Program-made: the position numbers and the translations under genes | Notes under the pieces: generated by a model | Told to the model about the DNA's origin: nothing | The model's database searches: none | What the model saw: only the letters and a program-made list of their open reading frames with translations | Assembly (NCBI GenBank): GCA_963668315.1 | Contig: OY764216.1 | Location: forward strand, 960,001 to 1,024,000 | DNA from: Spirochaetia bacterium | GTDB lineage: Bacteria; Spirochaetota; Spirochaetia; DSM-2461 | Length of the DNA stretch: 64,000 bases | Direction of reading: 5' to 3' | Shown here: piece after piece, positions 29,308 to 39,651 of the stretch | Position numbering within the stretch: position 1 is the first letter of the stretch | Layout of the letters: each line of letters begins with the position of its first letter

Positions 29308-30508
29308 GGTTTTTCTTCTTTTTCGGCTTTTTGATTTTGAAGGGCCGCGTATCGAGAACGGACGGAGGCAGTTCCTTTGCCGGGGCGAATCCTTCTTCTA
29401 TCCTGCGGGGTATGACCTGCTGCGTCAGCCGCTCGATTGTCTTCAGTTCGTCAAATTCCTCGGCGCACACGAGGGATATGGCCACGCCGGGGCGGTCCGC
29501 CCTTCCGGTACGGCCTATGCGGTGGATGTACTCCTCTTTCACCCGGGGCAGATCATAGTTGATGACCAGGGGAAGCCGGCTGATATCCAGGCCGCGGGAG
29601 GCCAGGTCAGTGGCTATGAGAATATTCGCATCCCCCGATTTAAACTCCTTCAGCGCTGTTGTTCGGGCTCCCTGGCTTTTGTCCCCATGGATGGCGTTCC
29701 CCTTGATCCCCTTTTTCTCAAGCCGCCGGACAAGATGATCCGCCCCGTTTTTCGTTCCCGTGAAGATAAGAATCTTTTGGTCGCCGTACCGGCGGATCAG
29801 CTCTATGAGTAGGGCCGCCTTTTTCTCCCGGTCCACCGGGTAAACCCACTGCTCCACGGGCTCCGCCGTTTTTCTTTCCGGCTCGATATGAATCTCCAGG
29901 GGGTCCGCCAGCAGCTTCGTGGCAAGGGCTTTTACTTCCGAAGGCAGGGTTGCGGAGAAGAGGAGAGTCTGGGGCTTTCCCGGGAGAAGGGAGAGAATAC
30001 GCTGTACTTCGCGGGTAAAGCCCATGCTGAGTATGCGGTCCATCTCATCCAGAATCAGCATCTCCAGATTCGGGAAAAGGACGCCGTTCTTGTCATAAAT
30101 ATCCAGAAGTCTGCCGGGGGTAGCCACGAGGATCTCCACGCCCCGGTGCAGTTTCTGGAGCTGGGGGTTGATTTTTACCCCGCCGAATACAGCTTCGGTC
30201 CGTAGGGGCAGGTATTTCCCGTAGGCGTTGAGGGCATCGGCCGTCTGGCAGGCCAGTTCCCGGGTGGGTACCAGGATAAGGGCTCTGATGCGGCGGGCTC
30301 CCGCCCGGGGGCGTTTACTGAGTTTCTGCAGCAGGGGCAGGGAGAAGGCCGCCGTTTTCCCCGTTCCCGTCTGGGATGTCGCCAGGATATCCCGGCCGGC
30401 GAGGATGGGGGGGATCGCCTGCTCCTGAATGGGAGTAGGAACGGCGTATCCCCTTTTATTCAAGGCTTTCTTCAGAGGCTCGCCCAGGGGCAGTTCGTTA
30501 AAGTACAT
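29285..30508 (-). CDS. DEAD-box RNA helicase (RhlE-like)
   Basis: QTGTGKT, PTRELA, motif II DEMD, SAT, HRIGRTGR and a basic tail. Confidence 0.9.
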   Translation of the reverse strand: MYFNELPLGEPLKKALNKRGYAVPTPIQEQAIPPILAGRDILATSQTGTGKTAAFSLPLLQKLSKRPRAGARRIRALILVPTRELACQTADALNAYGKYLPLRTEAVFGGVKINPQLQKLHRGVEILVATPGRLLDIYDKNGVLFPNLEMLILDEMDRILSMGFTREVQRILSLLPGKPQTLLFSATLPSEVKALATKLLADPLEIHIEPERKTAEPVEQWVYPVDREKKAALLIELIRRYGDQKILIFTGTKNGADHLVRRLEKKGIKGNAIHGDKSQGARTTALKEFKSGDANILIATDLASRGLDISRLPLVINYDLPRVKEEYIHRIGRTGRADRPGVAISLVCAEEFDELKTIERLTQQVIPRRIEEGFAPAKELPPSVLDTRPFKIKKPKKKKNPTGESSP

Positions 30509-30511
30509 AGC

Positions 30512-32041
30512 CTACCAGTCGATGGGGAAGTAATCCTTCAGAAATTTCCCGTACATATGGTGGCCCGTGTTTATCCCGTCGAAGATGGGATCGCACACCC
30601 GGGCCGCTCCGTCCACGATGTCCAGGGGTGGCTGGAAATCGTGGAGGTCCACCTTCTTTTTGGCCAGCTGGACCGGATCCTCGTCGGTCACCCATCCCGT
30701 ATCCACCGCATTCATGAAGATGCCCCATTTCGCCAGTTCGTCGGCGGAGGTGTGGGTGAGCATGTTCAGGGCCGCCTTGGCCATGTTTGTGTGGGGGTGG
30801 CGTTCGCCCTTCTTGAACCGCAGGAATTTCCCTTCCATGGCGGAGACGTTGACGATATGCTTCTGCCCGGTATTTTCTTTTTTCATAAGGGGAATGAGTT
30901 TGTTGCAGAGGACGAAGGGGGCCACCGCGTTGACCAGCTGGATTTCCAGCATTTCGGATGTCTGGATCTCCCCCAGTTTCAGACGCCAGCTGTTGGTGGT
31001 GCGCAGATCCACCTGCTGCAGGTCCACGTCCAGCCTGCCCGCGGGAAATACCGCTTCAACCGATTTCTCTTCGTCGAAGTCGTAGGGAATCTGGGAGAGC
31101 TTGGCCGACTCCCTTAAGCCGATGCCGGGAGCCTTTTCATGCCAGCTCACAGGCAGGGCTTCCGTATCGTTCTGTTCCAGGACAGGGCGGGAGAAGGCGC
31201 TCAGCCTTTCGGTAAATATATGGAAATTACGGAGCAGTCCCTGCACGGAGGGGCTCATGTCTTCCACATCCAGCAGTTCGTTTTCCATGAGATGGGCGTA
31301 GAACCCCGGCGGGCGCCTTACGGTCTGGGCCGCGTTGTTTATGAGAATATCCAGGCGGCTGTAGGTCTCGTTGATATGCTGGCAGAAAAGCTCCACGCTG
31401 GGGGTATGGCGCAGGTCGAGTCCGTAGACATGGAGGCGGCTTCCCCACCGGGAAAAATCCTCCTCCTTCGCATAGCGCTGGGCCGAGTCCACGGGAAAGC
31501 GGGTCGTGGCGATGACGGTGGCGCCGGCACGCAGCATCATAAGGGTGGCGTGATAGCCGATTTTCAGACGGGAGCCCGTAATCAGAGCCACCTGTCCTGT
31601 CAGGTCGGCGGTCTGGAAGCGCTTGCGGTAGTTCAGGTCGGCGCAGGAGGGGCACATGGTGTCGTAGAAAAAGTGAAGCCGGGTATATTCGGTCTTGCAT
31701 ACGTAGCAGTTCCGCGGGGAGGGAAGGAGGGGGAGGGACTCGGGGTCGGAGGTGCCGTCGGTCAGCTGGGCGGGAGCGGTGAATACGGCTTCGGTACGTG
31801 CCTGACGTATTCCCGTGGCCGCCCGGGCTTCGCGGGCCTTCTGGGCGGCTTCCTTTTTAATGAGTTTTCTCTTGGCCTTGTTTTTCTTGCGGATCGCCTC
31901 CGCATCTGGCCGGGACAGCCGTCCCGCCAGTTTCATTAGCTCTATCTGCTGTTCCCGGGAAAGGGAGGCGAAGCTTTCGCTGTTCTCGGTCAATTCGGTG
32001 AGAACGGAAAGACATTGCCGGATTTCATCGTTTGTCATCAT
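30512..32041 (-). CDS. Atypical SDR-family oxidoreductase with an N-terminal CxxC/CxxC module
   Basis: CYVC...[22 protein letters not shown] and [11 protein letters not shown] motifs. The start is approximate (MMTNDE). Confidence 0.82.
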   Translation of the reverse strand: MMTNDEIRQCLSVLTELTENSESFASLSREQQIELMKLAGRLSRPDAEAIRKKNKAKRKLIKKEAAQKAREARAATGIRQARTEAVFTAPAQLTDGTSDPESLPLLPSPRNCYVCKTEYTRLHFFYDTMCPSCADLNYRKRFQTADLTGQVALITGSRLKIGYHATLMMLRAGATVIATTRFPVDSAQRYAKEEDFSRWGSRLHVYGLDLRHTPSVELFCQHINETYSRLDILINNAAQTVRRPPGFYAHLMENELLDVEDMSPSVQGLLRNFHIFTERLSAFSRPVLEQNDTEALPVSWHEKAPGIGLRESAKLSQIPYDFDEEKSVEAVFPAGRLDVDLQQVDLRTTNSWRLKLGEIQTSEMLEIQLVNAVAPFVLCNKLIPLMKKENTGQKHIVNVSAMEGKFLRFKKGERHPHTNMAKAALNMLTHTSADELAKWGIFMNAVDTGWVTDEDPVQLAKKKVDLHDFQPPLDIVDGAARVCDPIFDGINTGHHMYGKFLKDYFPIDW

Positions 32042-32144
32042 GAAGTTCTTACCATTTCTAGGGTTCTTTTGCAATTCTCGGGGGGGATAATCCCGGGATG
32101 AATCGATTGCATTTCCCTTGAATTACGGTTAAGATGGGCAAAAT

Positions 32145-32597
32145 ATGGCCAGAACTGAAAAAATCCGATCCATTGAAGCTCCTCCCCTTAATCTCAGCTT
32201 TATGCCTGAGATGAAAGGGAAACGGGAACAGGAACCGGTTATTCTTCCCTTTGATGAGTTTGAGGCGATTCGTCTGGCCGATCAGCTGAAGCTGGATCAT
32301 AAGGAAGCCTCGGAGATCATGGGTATCTCCCGGCCTACCTTTACCCGCCTGCTTGAGAAAGCCCGGGGACATGTGGCAGATTTTCTGGTACAGGGAAGGC
32401 CGCTTTCCATCTCGGGCGGAAGCATCCGCTTTTCGGCGGATGTATACTGCTGCCGCCATTGCCGGGCCCCCTTCAAATGGTCGAAGGAAGGGACGCCCGT
32501 CTGTCCCCGCTGTCGTCAGAGCGACGCCCTTCATGCCCATGCGGCCTGCGGCGGAAGCTGTGTCTGCTGTGAAAAAGAAGAGGGCGGCCCGGTTTAG
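32145..32597 (+). CDS. DUF134/UPF0251 HTH protein with a Cys-rich C-terminus
   Basis: DEFEAIRLAD...MGISRPTF...AR motif; CRHC/CPRC and further Cys residues. Confidence 0.85.
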   Translation: MARTEKIRSIEAPPLNLSFMPEMKGKREQEPVILPFDEFEAIRLADQLKLDHKEASEIMGISRPTFTRLLEKARGHVADFLVQGRPLSISGGSIRFSADVYCCRHCRAPFKWSKEGTPVCPRCRQSDALHAHAACGGSCVCCEKEEGGPV

Positions 32598-34297
32598 CCT
32601 TTCCAGGCCACCCGGTCCTTTCCCCGGCCTTTGGCCATGTAGAGGGCTTCGTCGGCCCTCTTTATCATCTGGTCCAGACTGAGCTTCCGGTCATATTCGG
32701 TAAGCCCTATACTGATGGTCTTCCGGGCTCCCGAGAGGCATTCTATGGGTGTTCCCCCCATATTCACGCGAATTCTTTCGGCTACCTGTTTCGCTTCCTC
32801 CAGGTTCGTTTCCACGAAGAGGAAAAGGAACTCCTCTCCGCCCCAGCGGCTTATGAAGTCCGTCTCCCGGCAGGTCTCCCTGAAAACCCGGGACGCTTTA
32901 AGCAGAACTTCGTCGCCGCAGTCATGGCCGTAGGTGTCGTTAACGCTTTTGAAGTCATCCATATCGGCAATGGCCAGGGCAAAGGTTCGGTCGCTTCGCT
33001 CCATCCGCTTCATCTCTTCATGGAGAAGGTCTGTCATCTTCCTCCGGTTCATGAGACCGGTCAGGGCATCGGTGTGGGCCAGCTTTATGGTTTTGTTGAA
33101 CAGGGAGGCATTTCTCATGACGAGACCGACCAGCTCTCCCAGGTGATAAAAAAAGTTCCGGTCAAAAAGTCCCTTTTCCTCTGTCATGGTGACCGCGATC
33201 GTTATGGCGCCGAGGATCCCGTCGGAGGATTTGATCGGAGAGCTGTAGATCTTGTGAATGCCCTTTGCGCTGTAGGCGTCTGCGATGGCTTTGTTGGGAT
33301 GGGATTTTATATCGATTTCGATAACCCGGTCCTGGCTGACGGCATTTCCCGTTGCTCCTTCCCCCTTTTTGAAGACTCGTGCCTGGTCAAGGGGGAGACC
33401 GAGGTCGTTGTAATCATAGGTCAGACGGATCTCTTCGGTTTCTTCATCAATAAGGAAGATGGCGGCGTTATTGACTCCCAGTGTATTGCGGAGTGTCTTT
33501 TCTATACTTTCGTAAAGTTGGGAGATCTCCAGATACTTTGCCGTGTCACTGAGAAAGCCGAAGAGATATTTGAGCTGATTCCTTTCGGTCTGAATGGTTT
33601 CGTTTTTGTCCTTCAGAGCGTAGTTCAGAAGACTCATGGTAAAGGTTACGCATAGGATAATCACCTGAAGAAAGCTCAGGGAGGTCACCAGGTTTGTATC
33701 GAAAAGTGACCCGACCCGGCCCAGTCCGCTCAAGGTGGATAAAAACCTGAAAAGATGGAACATCCCGGAGAAAAGAAAGATATATAAAATTCCCCTGAGT
33801 CCTGCGGGTTGTACTTTCCAGGACTTTCTGTCTTTTCGGAGCATTCTGCTGCCGTATCCGTAGAGGAGAAACATCAAGGCCGAAAGAATTATTATGCGGA
33901 CGGACGTATTGAAGCGGAAGTAGGTGAAATAGAGAAAAGAAACGGCATGGGTGAGGATAAGAAAAAGAAACAATGCTCTGTTCCATTGCCTCTCTTTGTA
34001 CTTATACCCGACGGCCGTCTCCACCTGAAAGAAAAAGCCGGTGTAGATGACGCTGTTGCTCAGTATGATCGAAAAGGCGGGAGGAAGCTTTCCCTGGAAT
34101 ATCAGAAGAATAAATCCTGCCATGAGGCAGAGGGAGGAAATCCTCCAATAGCGGGCTGTTTTCCTGTCAACGCTGCCCGCCAGAGTGAAAGTGAAAACAG
34201 CATTGATCGTCACAATGATAGCGACAATGATAAGGAGGGTATAATTATCCACAGTATAATTATGGGGGAGAGGAGTGATTTTTTCAAATACTTTCAT
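32594..34297 (-). CDS. Membrane-bound GAF + GGDEF diguanylate cyclase
   Basis: About seven TM segments, a GAF-like region, DALTGLMNRR, RETD I-site and GGEEF. Confidence 0.92.
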   Translation of the reverse strand: MKVFEKITPLPHNYTVDNYTLLIIVAIIVTINAVFTFTLAGSVDRKTARYWRISSLCLMAGFILLIFQGKLPPAFSIILSNSVIYTGFFFQVETAVGYKYKERQWNRALFLFLILTHAVSFLYFTYFRFNTSVRIIILSALMFLLYGYGSRMLRKDRKSWKVQPAGLRGILYIFLFSGMFHLFRFLSTLSGLGRVGSLFDTNLVTSLSFLQVIILCVTFTMSLLNYALKDKNETIQTERNQLKYLFGFLSDTAKYLEISQLYESIEKTLRNTLGVNNAAIFLIDEETEEIRLTYDYNDLGLPLDQARVFKKGEGATGNAVSQDRVIEIDIKSHPNKAIADAYSAKGIHKIYSSPIKSSDGILGAITIAVTMTEEKGLFDRNFFYHLGELVGLVMRNASLFNKTIKLAHTDALTGLMNRRKMTDLLHEEMKRMERSDRTFALAIADMDDFKSVNDTYGHDCGDEVLLKASRVFRETCRETDFISRWGGEEFLFLFVETNLEEAKQVAERIRVNMGGTPIECLSGARKTISIGLTEYDRKLSLDQMIKRADEALYMAKGRGKDRVAWKG

Positions 34298-34523
34298 CCC
34301 GCGGAGAATATTTCTTTTTTTCTTGAATGATGGATAATACAGAAATGTCGGTTTTTATCTTTTATATAAATCGAGCAGAAGAGGGCGGAGCCGGGTGGAG
34401 AGTTTCTCTGGGGAAATTTCATGTACAAAAAAGTAAAAAGTATACCGCAGCCTACGGATATGTAGGGGAATGGGCGGGAGTATAAATTTTATATCATCGT
34501 TGACAAATGATTTAAATTAATAT

Positions 34524-34538
34524 ATTCATTGAATGAAT
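34524..34538. promoter_or_regulatory. Candidate ROK-repressor operator in the ABC operon promoter
   Basis: Palindrome ATTCATT-G-AATGAAT downstream of TTGACA (34500-34505), overlapping the -10/start region. Confidence 0.55.
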
Positions 34539-34600
34539 TAAATGTGTCGGCGAAGTTTCGCATAACGAAAACCAAACTTTCTGATACTTGGAGGTACAAA

Positions 34601-35908
34601 ATGAAAGCTATAGCTAAAGGCTCCGCTCTGTTCTTCAGCGCGGTATTGTTTCTGACCGGTTCGTTCCTTTTTGCGAACGGATCGGATGAGAGTTCCGACG
34701 GTGTCGTTCTGAAAACCTATTTCCAGATGGATCCTGCCGCGGAACAGTACAAAGGTCACGCCGCCGTAATGGAAGCCTTTGAGGCCGCCAGACCGGATGT
34801 TACCTTTGAGCATGAGTATGCCACCGGTGAAGCTTTTCACCAGAAGTTCCAGGCCATGGTTGCTTCCCGGAAGCTTCCCGATCTTTTCACCACCTATATC
34901 GGAAAAAGAACAGCCTACGTTACGGAAACGGGAAACGCCCTTGATCTGCGCGAATACCTGACCGATGATTTCATGTCAAATTTCTCTTCTTCCACATGGG
35001 ACGCTCAGGGTCCTAATGGAGAAATCTATACGATCGCCCCTAATATGGCCGTATGTCACGCCATGTATGTAAATACCGATCTTCTTGCCAAGCTCGGCCT
35101 GGAAATCCCCACTACCTACGAGGAGCTTCTTGCCCAGGTCGAACCTATCCGCGCCGCCGGCTACTATCCCGTCTCCATGGGTAACAAAGACCAGTGGGTT
35201 GTAAACTCCTGGCTGCTGAGCGCCTTCGTAGAGCGTCTCGGAGGAAAAGCCTGGTTCAACAAAGCCATGAGCGGAGACGCTTCCTTTACGGACGAGCCTT
35301 TCGTAAAATCTCTGGCTATCATCAATGAGATGGTTCAGAAGAACGTATTCTCTCCCGGTGTCAACCAGATGTCCAATACCGAGGCCGACCAGGAATTCTA
35401 TCAGCAGAAGTCGGTCTATTTGATCGATGCCGGCTGGAGAACTTCCGGTATGGTCAACGAACTGCCCCAGGAACAGCAGGACGCCATCAAAATGATCGTT
35501 TTCCCCGCCCTTCCCGGAGAAGTCAGCCCCAACTCCAGCGCCGCGGTTCTTTCCGAAGGATTCGGTATAAACGCCAAGCTGAGCGGTACCGCCCAGGGAC
35601 AGGCCGCCTATGACTTCATCGCTTTCAACGCCGGTGAAGAGGGTGCTTCCCTCAGGCTTGAGTATGGTGAGATCCCCACGTACAAGCTCGACTACTCCCA
35701 GTTCGATCTTCCCGGACTTCAGCTTGAATATGCTCAGTTCCAGCAGGATCATCCCATGGGCTACGTTATCGACTCCATGATGGACGGTGAGGGCATGGGT
35801 CTTCTGAATCCCGATATTCAGGCTATGATGTTCGGCAATCTGTCTCCCGAAGACGTGGCTTCCCGCTATGAAGCATGGGTTGCCGAGAACGACTCAAACA
35901 GAATGTAG
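34601..35908 (+). CDS. Sugar ABC transporter substrate-binding protein
   Basis: ATG 34601 after GGAGG; signal peptide (LFANG); KLPDLF and PTTYEELL motifs. Confidence 0.9.
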   Translation: MKAIAKGSALFFSAVLFLTGSFLFANGSDESSDGVVLKTYFQMDPAAEQYKGHAAVMEAFEAARPDVTFEHEYATGEAFHQKFQAMVASRKLPDLFTTYIGKRTAYVTETGNALDLREYLTDDFMSNFSSSTWDAQGPNGEIYTIAPNMAVCHAMYVNTDLLAKLGLEIPTTYEELLAQVEPIRAAGYYPVSMGNKDQWVVNSWLLSAFVERLGGKAWFNKAMSGDASFTDEPFVKSLAIINEMVQKNVFSPGVNQMSNTEADQEFYQQKSVYLIDAGWRTSGMVNELPQEQQDAIKMIVFPALPGEVSPNSSAAVLSEGFGINAKLSGTAQGQAAYDFIAFNAGEEGASLRLEYGEIPTYKLDYSQFDLPGLQLEYAQFQQDHPMGYVIDSMMDGEGMGLLNPDIQAMMFGNLSPEDVASRYEAWVAENDSNRM

Positions 35909-35920
35909 GAGGTTAGGATA

Positions 35921-36808
35921 ATGATGGATCAAACCAATAAGAAAGTCAGTTATTACATGTTTTTGCTGCCCGCGCTTCTCTTGTATCTCTCCATCATTAT
36001 CTTTCCTATAGGAATGAGCGGGGTCCTGTCTCTGACCAAATGGAAGAATTACCAGATGGTCGGATTTGTTGGACTGGAAAATTTTATCAAAATATTTACG
36101 GACCCCGCCTTTCATCGGGCTCTCTGGAATAATGTGCAGATCATGCTGATCTCCGTACTGGGGCAGATTCCCCTGGGAATCGTCCTAGCTTACATACTGT
36201 TCAGAAAACTGGTACGGGGCGGCAAGTTCTTCGAAGTCATGATCTTTCTTCCCATAACCATCTCCTCGGTAGTGGTAGCGCTGCTGTGGAACCGTATTTT
36301 CTCTCCTGTCGGGATTTATACCACGTTTATGAAGCAGATTCTCCATAATCCCGACTACGTCATGACGATTTCAGAGAGCCCCCATTTTGCCATGCTGCCC
36401 ATCCTTTTCGTTCTGCTGTGGATGCATACCAGCCTGTACATGGTCATGTTTCTGGCGAATATGCAGCGGGTGCCCAAATCATCCCTGGAAGCGGCGCGCA
36501 TCGACGGGGCTTCGGAATCCCGAATCCTCTGGAGCATTATCATGCCCGCCCTCTCCAACGTTATCTTCACCAGCTCGATCTTCGCGATCTCGGGCAGCCT
36601 GAAGAGTTTCGACCTGGTGTTCGCTATGACCGGTGGCGGACCGGTGGATTACACCAACGTAATGGCTATCTATCTGTATAAGCATACGTTCACCTATAAC
36701 AATTACGGATACGGTTCCGCCGTATCTCTGGTAATCGTCGTCTTGAGTGTGGGCCTGATTTCCCTGGGGCGTTACATTTACAGTCTGTTTCAGAAAAAAT
36801 TCGATTAG
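35921..36808 (+). CDS. Carbohydrate ABC transporter permease
   Basis: EAA loop LEAARIDGAS. Confidence 0.95.
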   Translation: MMDQTNKKVSYYMFLLPALLLYLSIIIFPIGMSGVLSLTKWKNYQMVGFVGLENFIKIFTDPAFHRALWNNVQIMLISVLGQIPLGIVLAYILFRKLVRGGKFFEVMIFLPITISSVVVALLWNRIFSPVGIYTTFMKQILHNPDYVMTISESPHFAMLPILFVLLWMHTSLYMVMFLANMQRVPKSSLEAARIDGASESRILWSIIMPALSNVIFTSSIFAISGSLKSFDLVFAMTGGGPVDYTNVMAIYLYKHTFTYNNYGYGSAVSLVIVVLSVGLISLGRYIYSLFQKKFD

Positions 36809-36822
36809 GAGGGGAATGAAAA

Positions 36823-37674
36823 ATGGATGATAATTCAAAACTTGACGGAAACATTCCCTTAGGCTGGAAGGTATTCTCCTATATCTTTCTGATCGCCTTT
36901 ACCATGATGACTCTTATGCCCCTCATCTGGATGTTTTATTCGTCCTTCAAGCTGCAGGGCGATATTATGCTCCATCCCCTTGGGCTTCCTTTGAAGCCCA
37001 CCTTCCGGAACTATCTGGAAGCCTGGTCCAGGGGGCATATGGGCATTACCTTTATCAACTCTATCATCTATTCGGGGGTAGCTACAGCCTTGACGATCGT
37101 ACTGGCTCTGACGGCTTCCTTCGCCATGACGAAATTCGGGTATAAAAGCTCAAAGATCTTTTACTCTCTCTTTTCCCTGGGACTCCTTATCACGGTGCAT
37201 TCCATTATCGCCCCCCTTTTTATGATGGAGACGAGAATCGGACTGTACAACACCCGCGTGGGGGTCATTATCCCCTATATCACTTTCGGCCTTCCCATGG
37301 CCATTCTCCTGGGATGTTCTTATATAAAGGGGATACCCGATTCCCTTATCGAAGCAGGAGTTATTGATGGCGCCAGTTATCAGCAGATTTTCTGGCATAT
37401 CATCTTTTTTCTGGCCACCCCTGTGATGGCAACAATCGGAATTCTCTCGTTTCTGAACAACTGGAATGAATTCCTTCTGGTTTTCATTCTGACTTCAGGA
37501 GACAACATGAGAAGTCTCCCCGTTTCAATCAACTCCTTCGCCGGACGATTGAATCAGGATTACGGGATGCAGTTCGCCGCGCTGACGCTGGGGACGCTGC
37601 CCATGATCGCCTTCTATTTGGGCGCACACAAAATGGTTATAAAAGGGTTTGGCGAAGGCGCCCTTAAGGAGTAG
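36823..37674 (+). CDS. Carbohydrate ABC transporter permease
   Basis: EAA-type loop LIEAGVIDGAS. Confidence 0.95.
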   Translation: MDDNSKLDGNIPLGWKVFSYIFLIAFTMMTLMPLIWMFYSSFKLQGDIMLHPLGLPLKPTFRNYLEAWSRGHMGITFINSIIYSGVATALTIVLALTASFAMTKFGYKSSKIFYSLFSLGLLITVHSIIAPLFMMETRIGLYNTRVGVIIPYITFGLPMAILLGCSYIKGIPDSLIEAGVIDGASYQQIFWHIIFFLATPVMATIGILSFLNNWNEFLLVFILTSGDNMRSLPVSINSFAGRLNQDYGMQFAALTLGTLPMIAFYLGAHKMVIKGFGEGALKE

Positions 37675-37677
37675 TTC

Positions 37678-38427
37678 ATGAAGTATAAACTGGAAGTATG
37701 TTTGGATTCGGCCGAATCGGCCATCGTCGCCGACAAAGCCGGCGCGGACAGGGTGGAACTCTGTGAGAACTTATTCGGCGGCGGGACCACACCCAGTGCG
37801 GGAACCATCAAAATCGCCCGGGAAAACGTCTCTCTGGGACTTCATGTCATTATTCGGCCCCGAAGCGGGGATTTTTGCTATTCGGACAATGAATTCGCCG
37901 TTATGAAAGAGGATATCCGCTACTGCCGGGAACTGGGCGTTGACGGTGTGGTCATCGGAATTCTGACTTCCGACGGTAAAGTGGACAAGGCCCGCTGCGC
38001 CGAACTGATCGCCGAAGCCGGTTCCATGAGCGTGACCTTTCACCGGGCCTTCGATGTGGCCGCCGATCCCTTCCAGGCCCTTGAAGATATTATTGATCTG
38101 GGATGCGACCGGATCCTCACCTCAGGCCAGGAGGCTTCCGTTCTCGAAGGAGCCGATCTTATCCGGGAGTTGATAGCAAAGGCGGGCGACCGGATTATCA
38201 TTATGCCCGGCGGGGATATCACAGAGAGAAAACTTGGCCGGGTGGTCGCCAAAACGGGAGCCAGCGAATATCATATCTATCTGGATGCCGAGAAGAAAAG
38301 CACCATGGACTACTGCCCCGACCACGTCTATATGGGCGGTCTCTTGAGGAAACCGGAATTCATGAACAGTTTTACCAGTTCCGACAGGGTTTCCCAGGTG
38401 CTGACTTCCTTGAATAAATTATCCTAG
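37678..38427 (+). CDS. cutC: CutC family TIM-barrel protein
   Basis: LEVC, RVELC, GGTTPS, IRPRSGDF, TFHRAFD and RILTSG motifs. Confidence 0.93.
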   Translation: MKYKLEVCLDSAESAIVADKAGADRVELCENLFGGGTTPSAGTIKIARENVSLGLHVIIRPRSGDFCYSDNEFAVMKEDIRYCRELGVDGVVIGILTSDGKVDKARCAELIAEAGSMSVTFHRAFDVAADPFQALEDIIDLGCDRILTSGQEASVLEGADLIRELIAKAGDRIIIMPGGDITERKLGRVVAKTGASEYHIYLDAEKKSTMDYCPDHVYMGGLLRKPEFMNSFTSSDRVSQVLTSLNKLS

Positions 38428-38469
38428 ATAATTTATTATTCTCAGGGTGAACAGAAGGTGGGAAGCAGT

Positions 38470-39651
38470 ATGAGAGCAGTCGGTAATAATCAGTTTCAGA
38501 AAGCGGCTAATATGCTGCTCGTATTGAATTATCTTCGGGAGAACAAATCCTGTTCCCGCCAGAAGATTGCCGAGGAACTGGGGCTGCAGCCCTCATCTGT
38601 GAGTTATATCGTCGGCCGGCTCATTAAAGAGGGGCTTGTCGAGGAGTACTCCGACCGCAACCGTGAGACGAAGAGCCTGGGGCGCCGTCCCATCATGATA
38701 CGCATTCTGGGCGATTACGGGTATGTTATCGGGCTGGATCTTCAGGTCGATTACTACTGCGTTGCCGTGTATGACATCGCCGGGACGCCGGTCCTTATGA
38801 AAAAGGTTGAATCACCCCTGGACGAGGGAGACTTCTTTAAGCGTTTCACCCATGCTGTTGAAGAAATCCGCAGGGAACTTAAAAGTGATATTCCCATACT
38901 CGGGCTGGGCCTGGCTATTCCCGGGATCGTTGACAGCGGGGAGAGCCATGTCGTGTCCAGTTGGACCCATAAACTGGCCGACGTCTCTCTGAAAGGTTTC
39001 CTGGGAGACAGCTTTCCCTTTCCCGTCGTTATAGACAATGATGCCAATTGCTGCGCTCTGAATATCCTTTGGAATAATCCTAAACGGGATCCGGATTCCT
39101 TTATCTATCTTCTCCCCCGCTTTCACAGGCGGGAGCTGCTTCCCGATAATCTTCCTTCCGTCGGAATCGGTATGGGACTTGTCATAAACGGTAAGTTGTT
39201 CAGCGGATATACCCATGAGGCTGGCGAATATCAGAGTATTCTTTTTTCACGGGAAAGAAGGATGAAATGGCAGCTGAGTCTGCCTGAAGAAGATATGGAC
39301 AGGGCCTCTTATGATAAGGATATCCAGAGGGAAATCATCACGGAACTTATGGAAAACATGTTCCTTATCCTCCAGGTCCTGAATCCCCGGTCTCTCATCA
39401 TCGGGGGGGATTTCTCCGGCACCGGGGACCTGATCATCCGTGTCGTCAGCGAAGTTTTTCCTGAGAAATGGGGTCTATTGAAAAAGAAAAAACTCTCCCT
39501 TGAAGTTCGGGATGAAGGAGTTTTCGATTCGGCTAAGGGAGCCGCCGCCTGCATACTGGAGAAGATTTATGCCATTCCTCAGGTGGGGCAGGTTTCGGTC
39601 GGTTCATTTCGTAATAATCTGCTTGAAAAGCTTATGGAAGAGAATGACTAA
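38470..39651 (+). CDS. ROK-family transcriptional regulator
   Basis: N-terminal wHTH, GRRP, AIPGIV, IDNDANC and GIGMG...AGE motifs. Confidence 0.88.
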   Translation: MRAVGNNQFQKAANMLLVLNYLRENKSCSRQKIAEELGLQPSSVSYIVGRLIKEGLVEEYSDRNRETKSLGRRPIMIRILGDYGYVIGLDLQVDYYCVAVYDIAGTPVLMKKVESPLDEGDFFKRFTHAVEEIRRELKSDIPILGLGLAIPGIVDSGESHVVSSWTHKLADVSLKGFLGDSFPFPVVIDNDANCCALNILWNNPKRDPDSFIYLLPRFHRRELLPDNLPSVGIGMGLVINGKLFSGYTHEAGEYQSILFSRERRMKWQLSLPEEDMDRASYDKDIQREIITELMENMFLILQVLNPRSLIIGGDFSGTGDLIIRVVSEVFPEKWGLLKKKKLSLEVRDEGVFDSAKGAAACILEKIYAIPQVGQVSVGSFRNNLLEKLMEEND

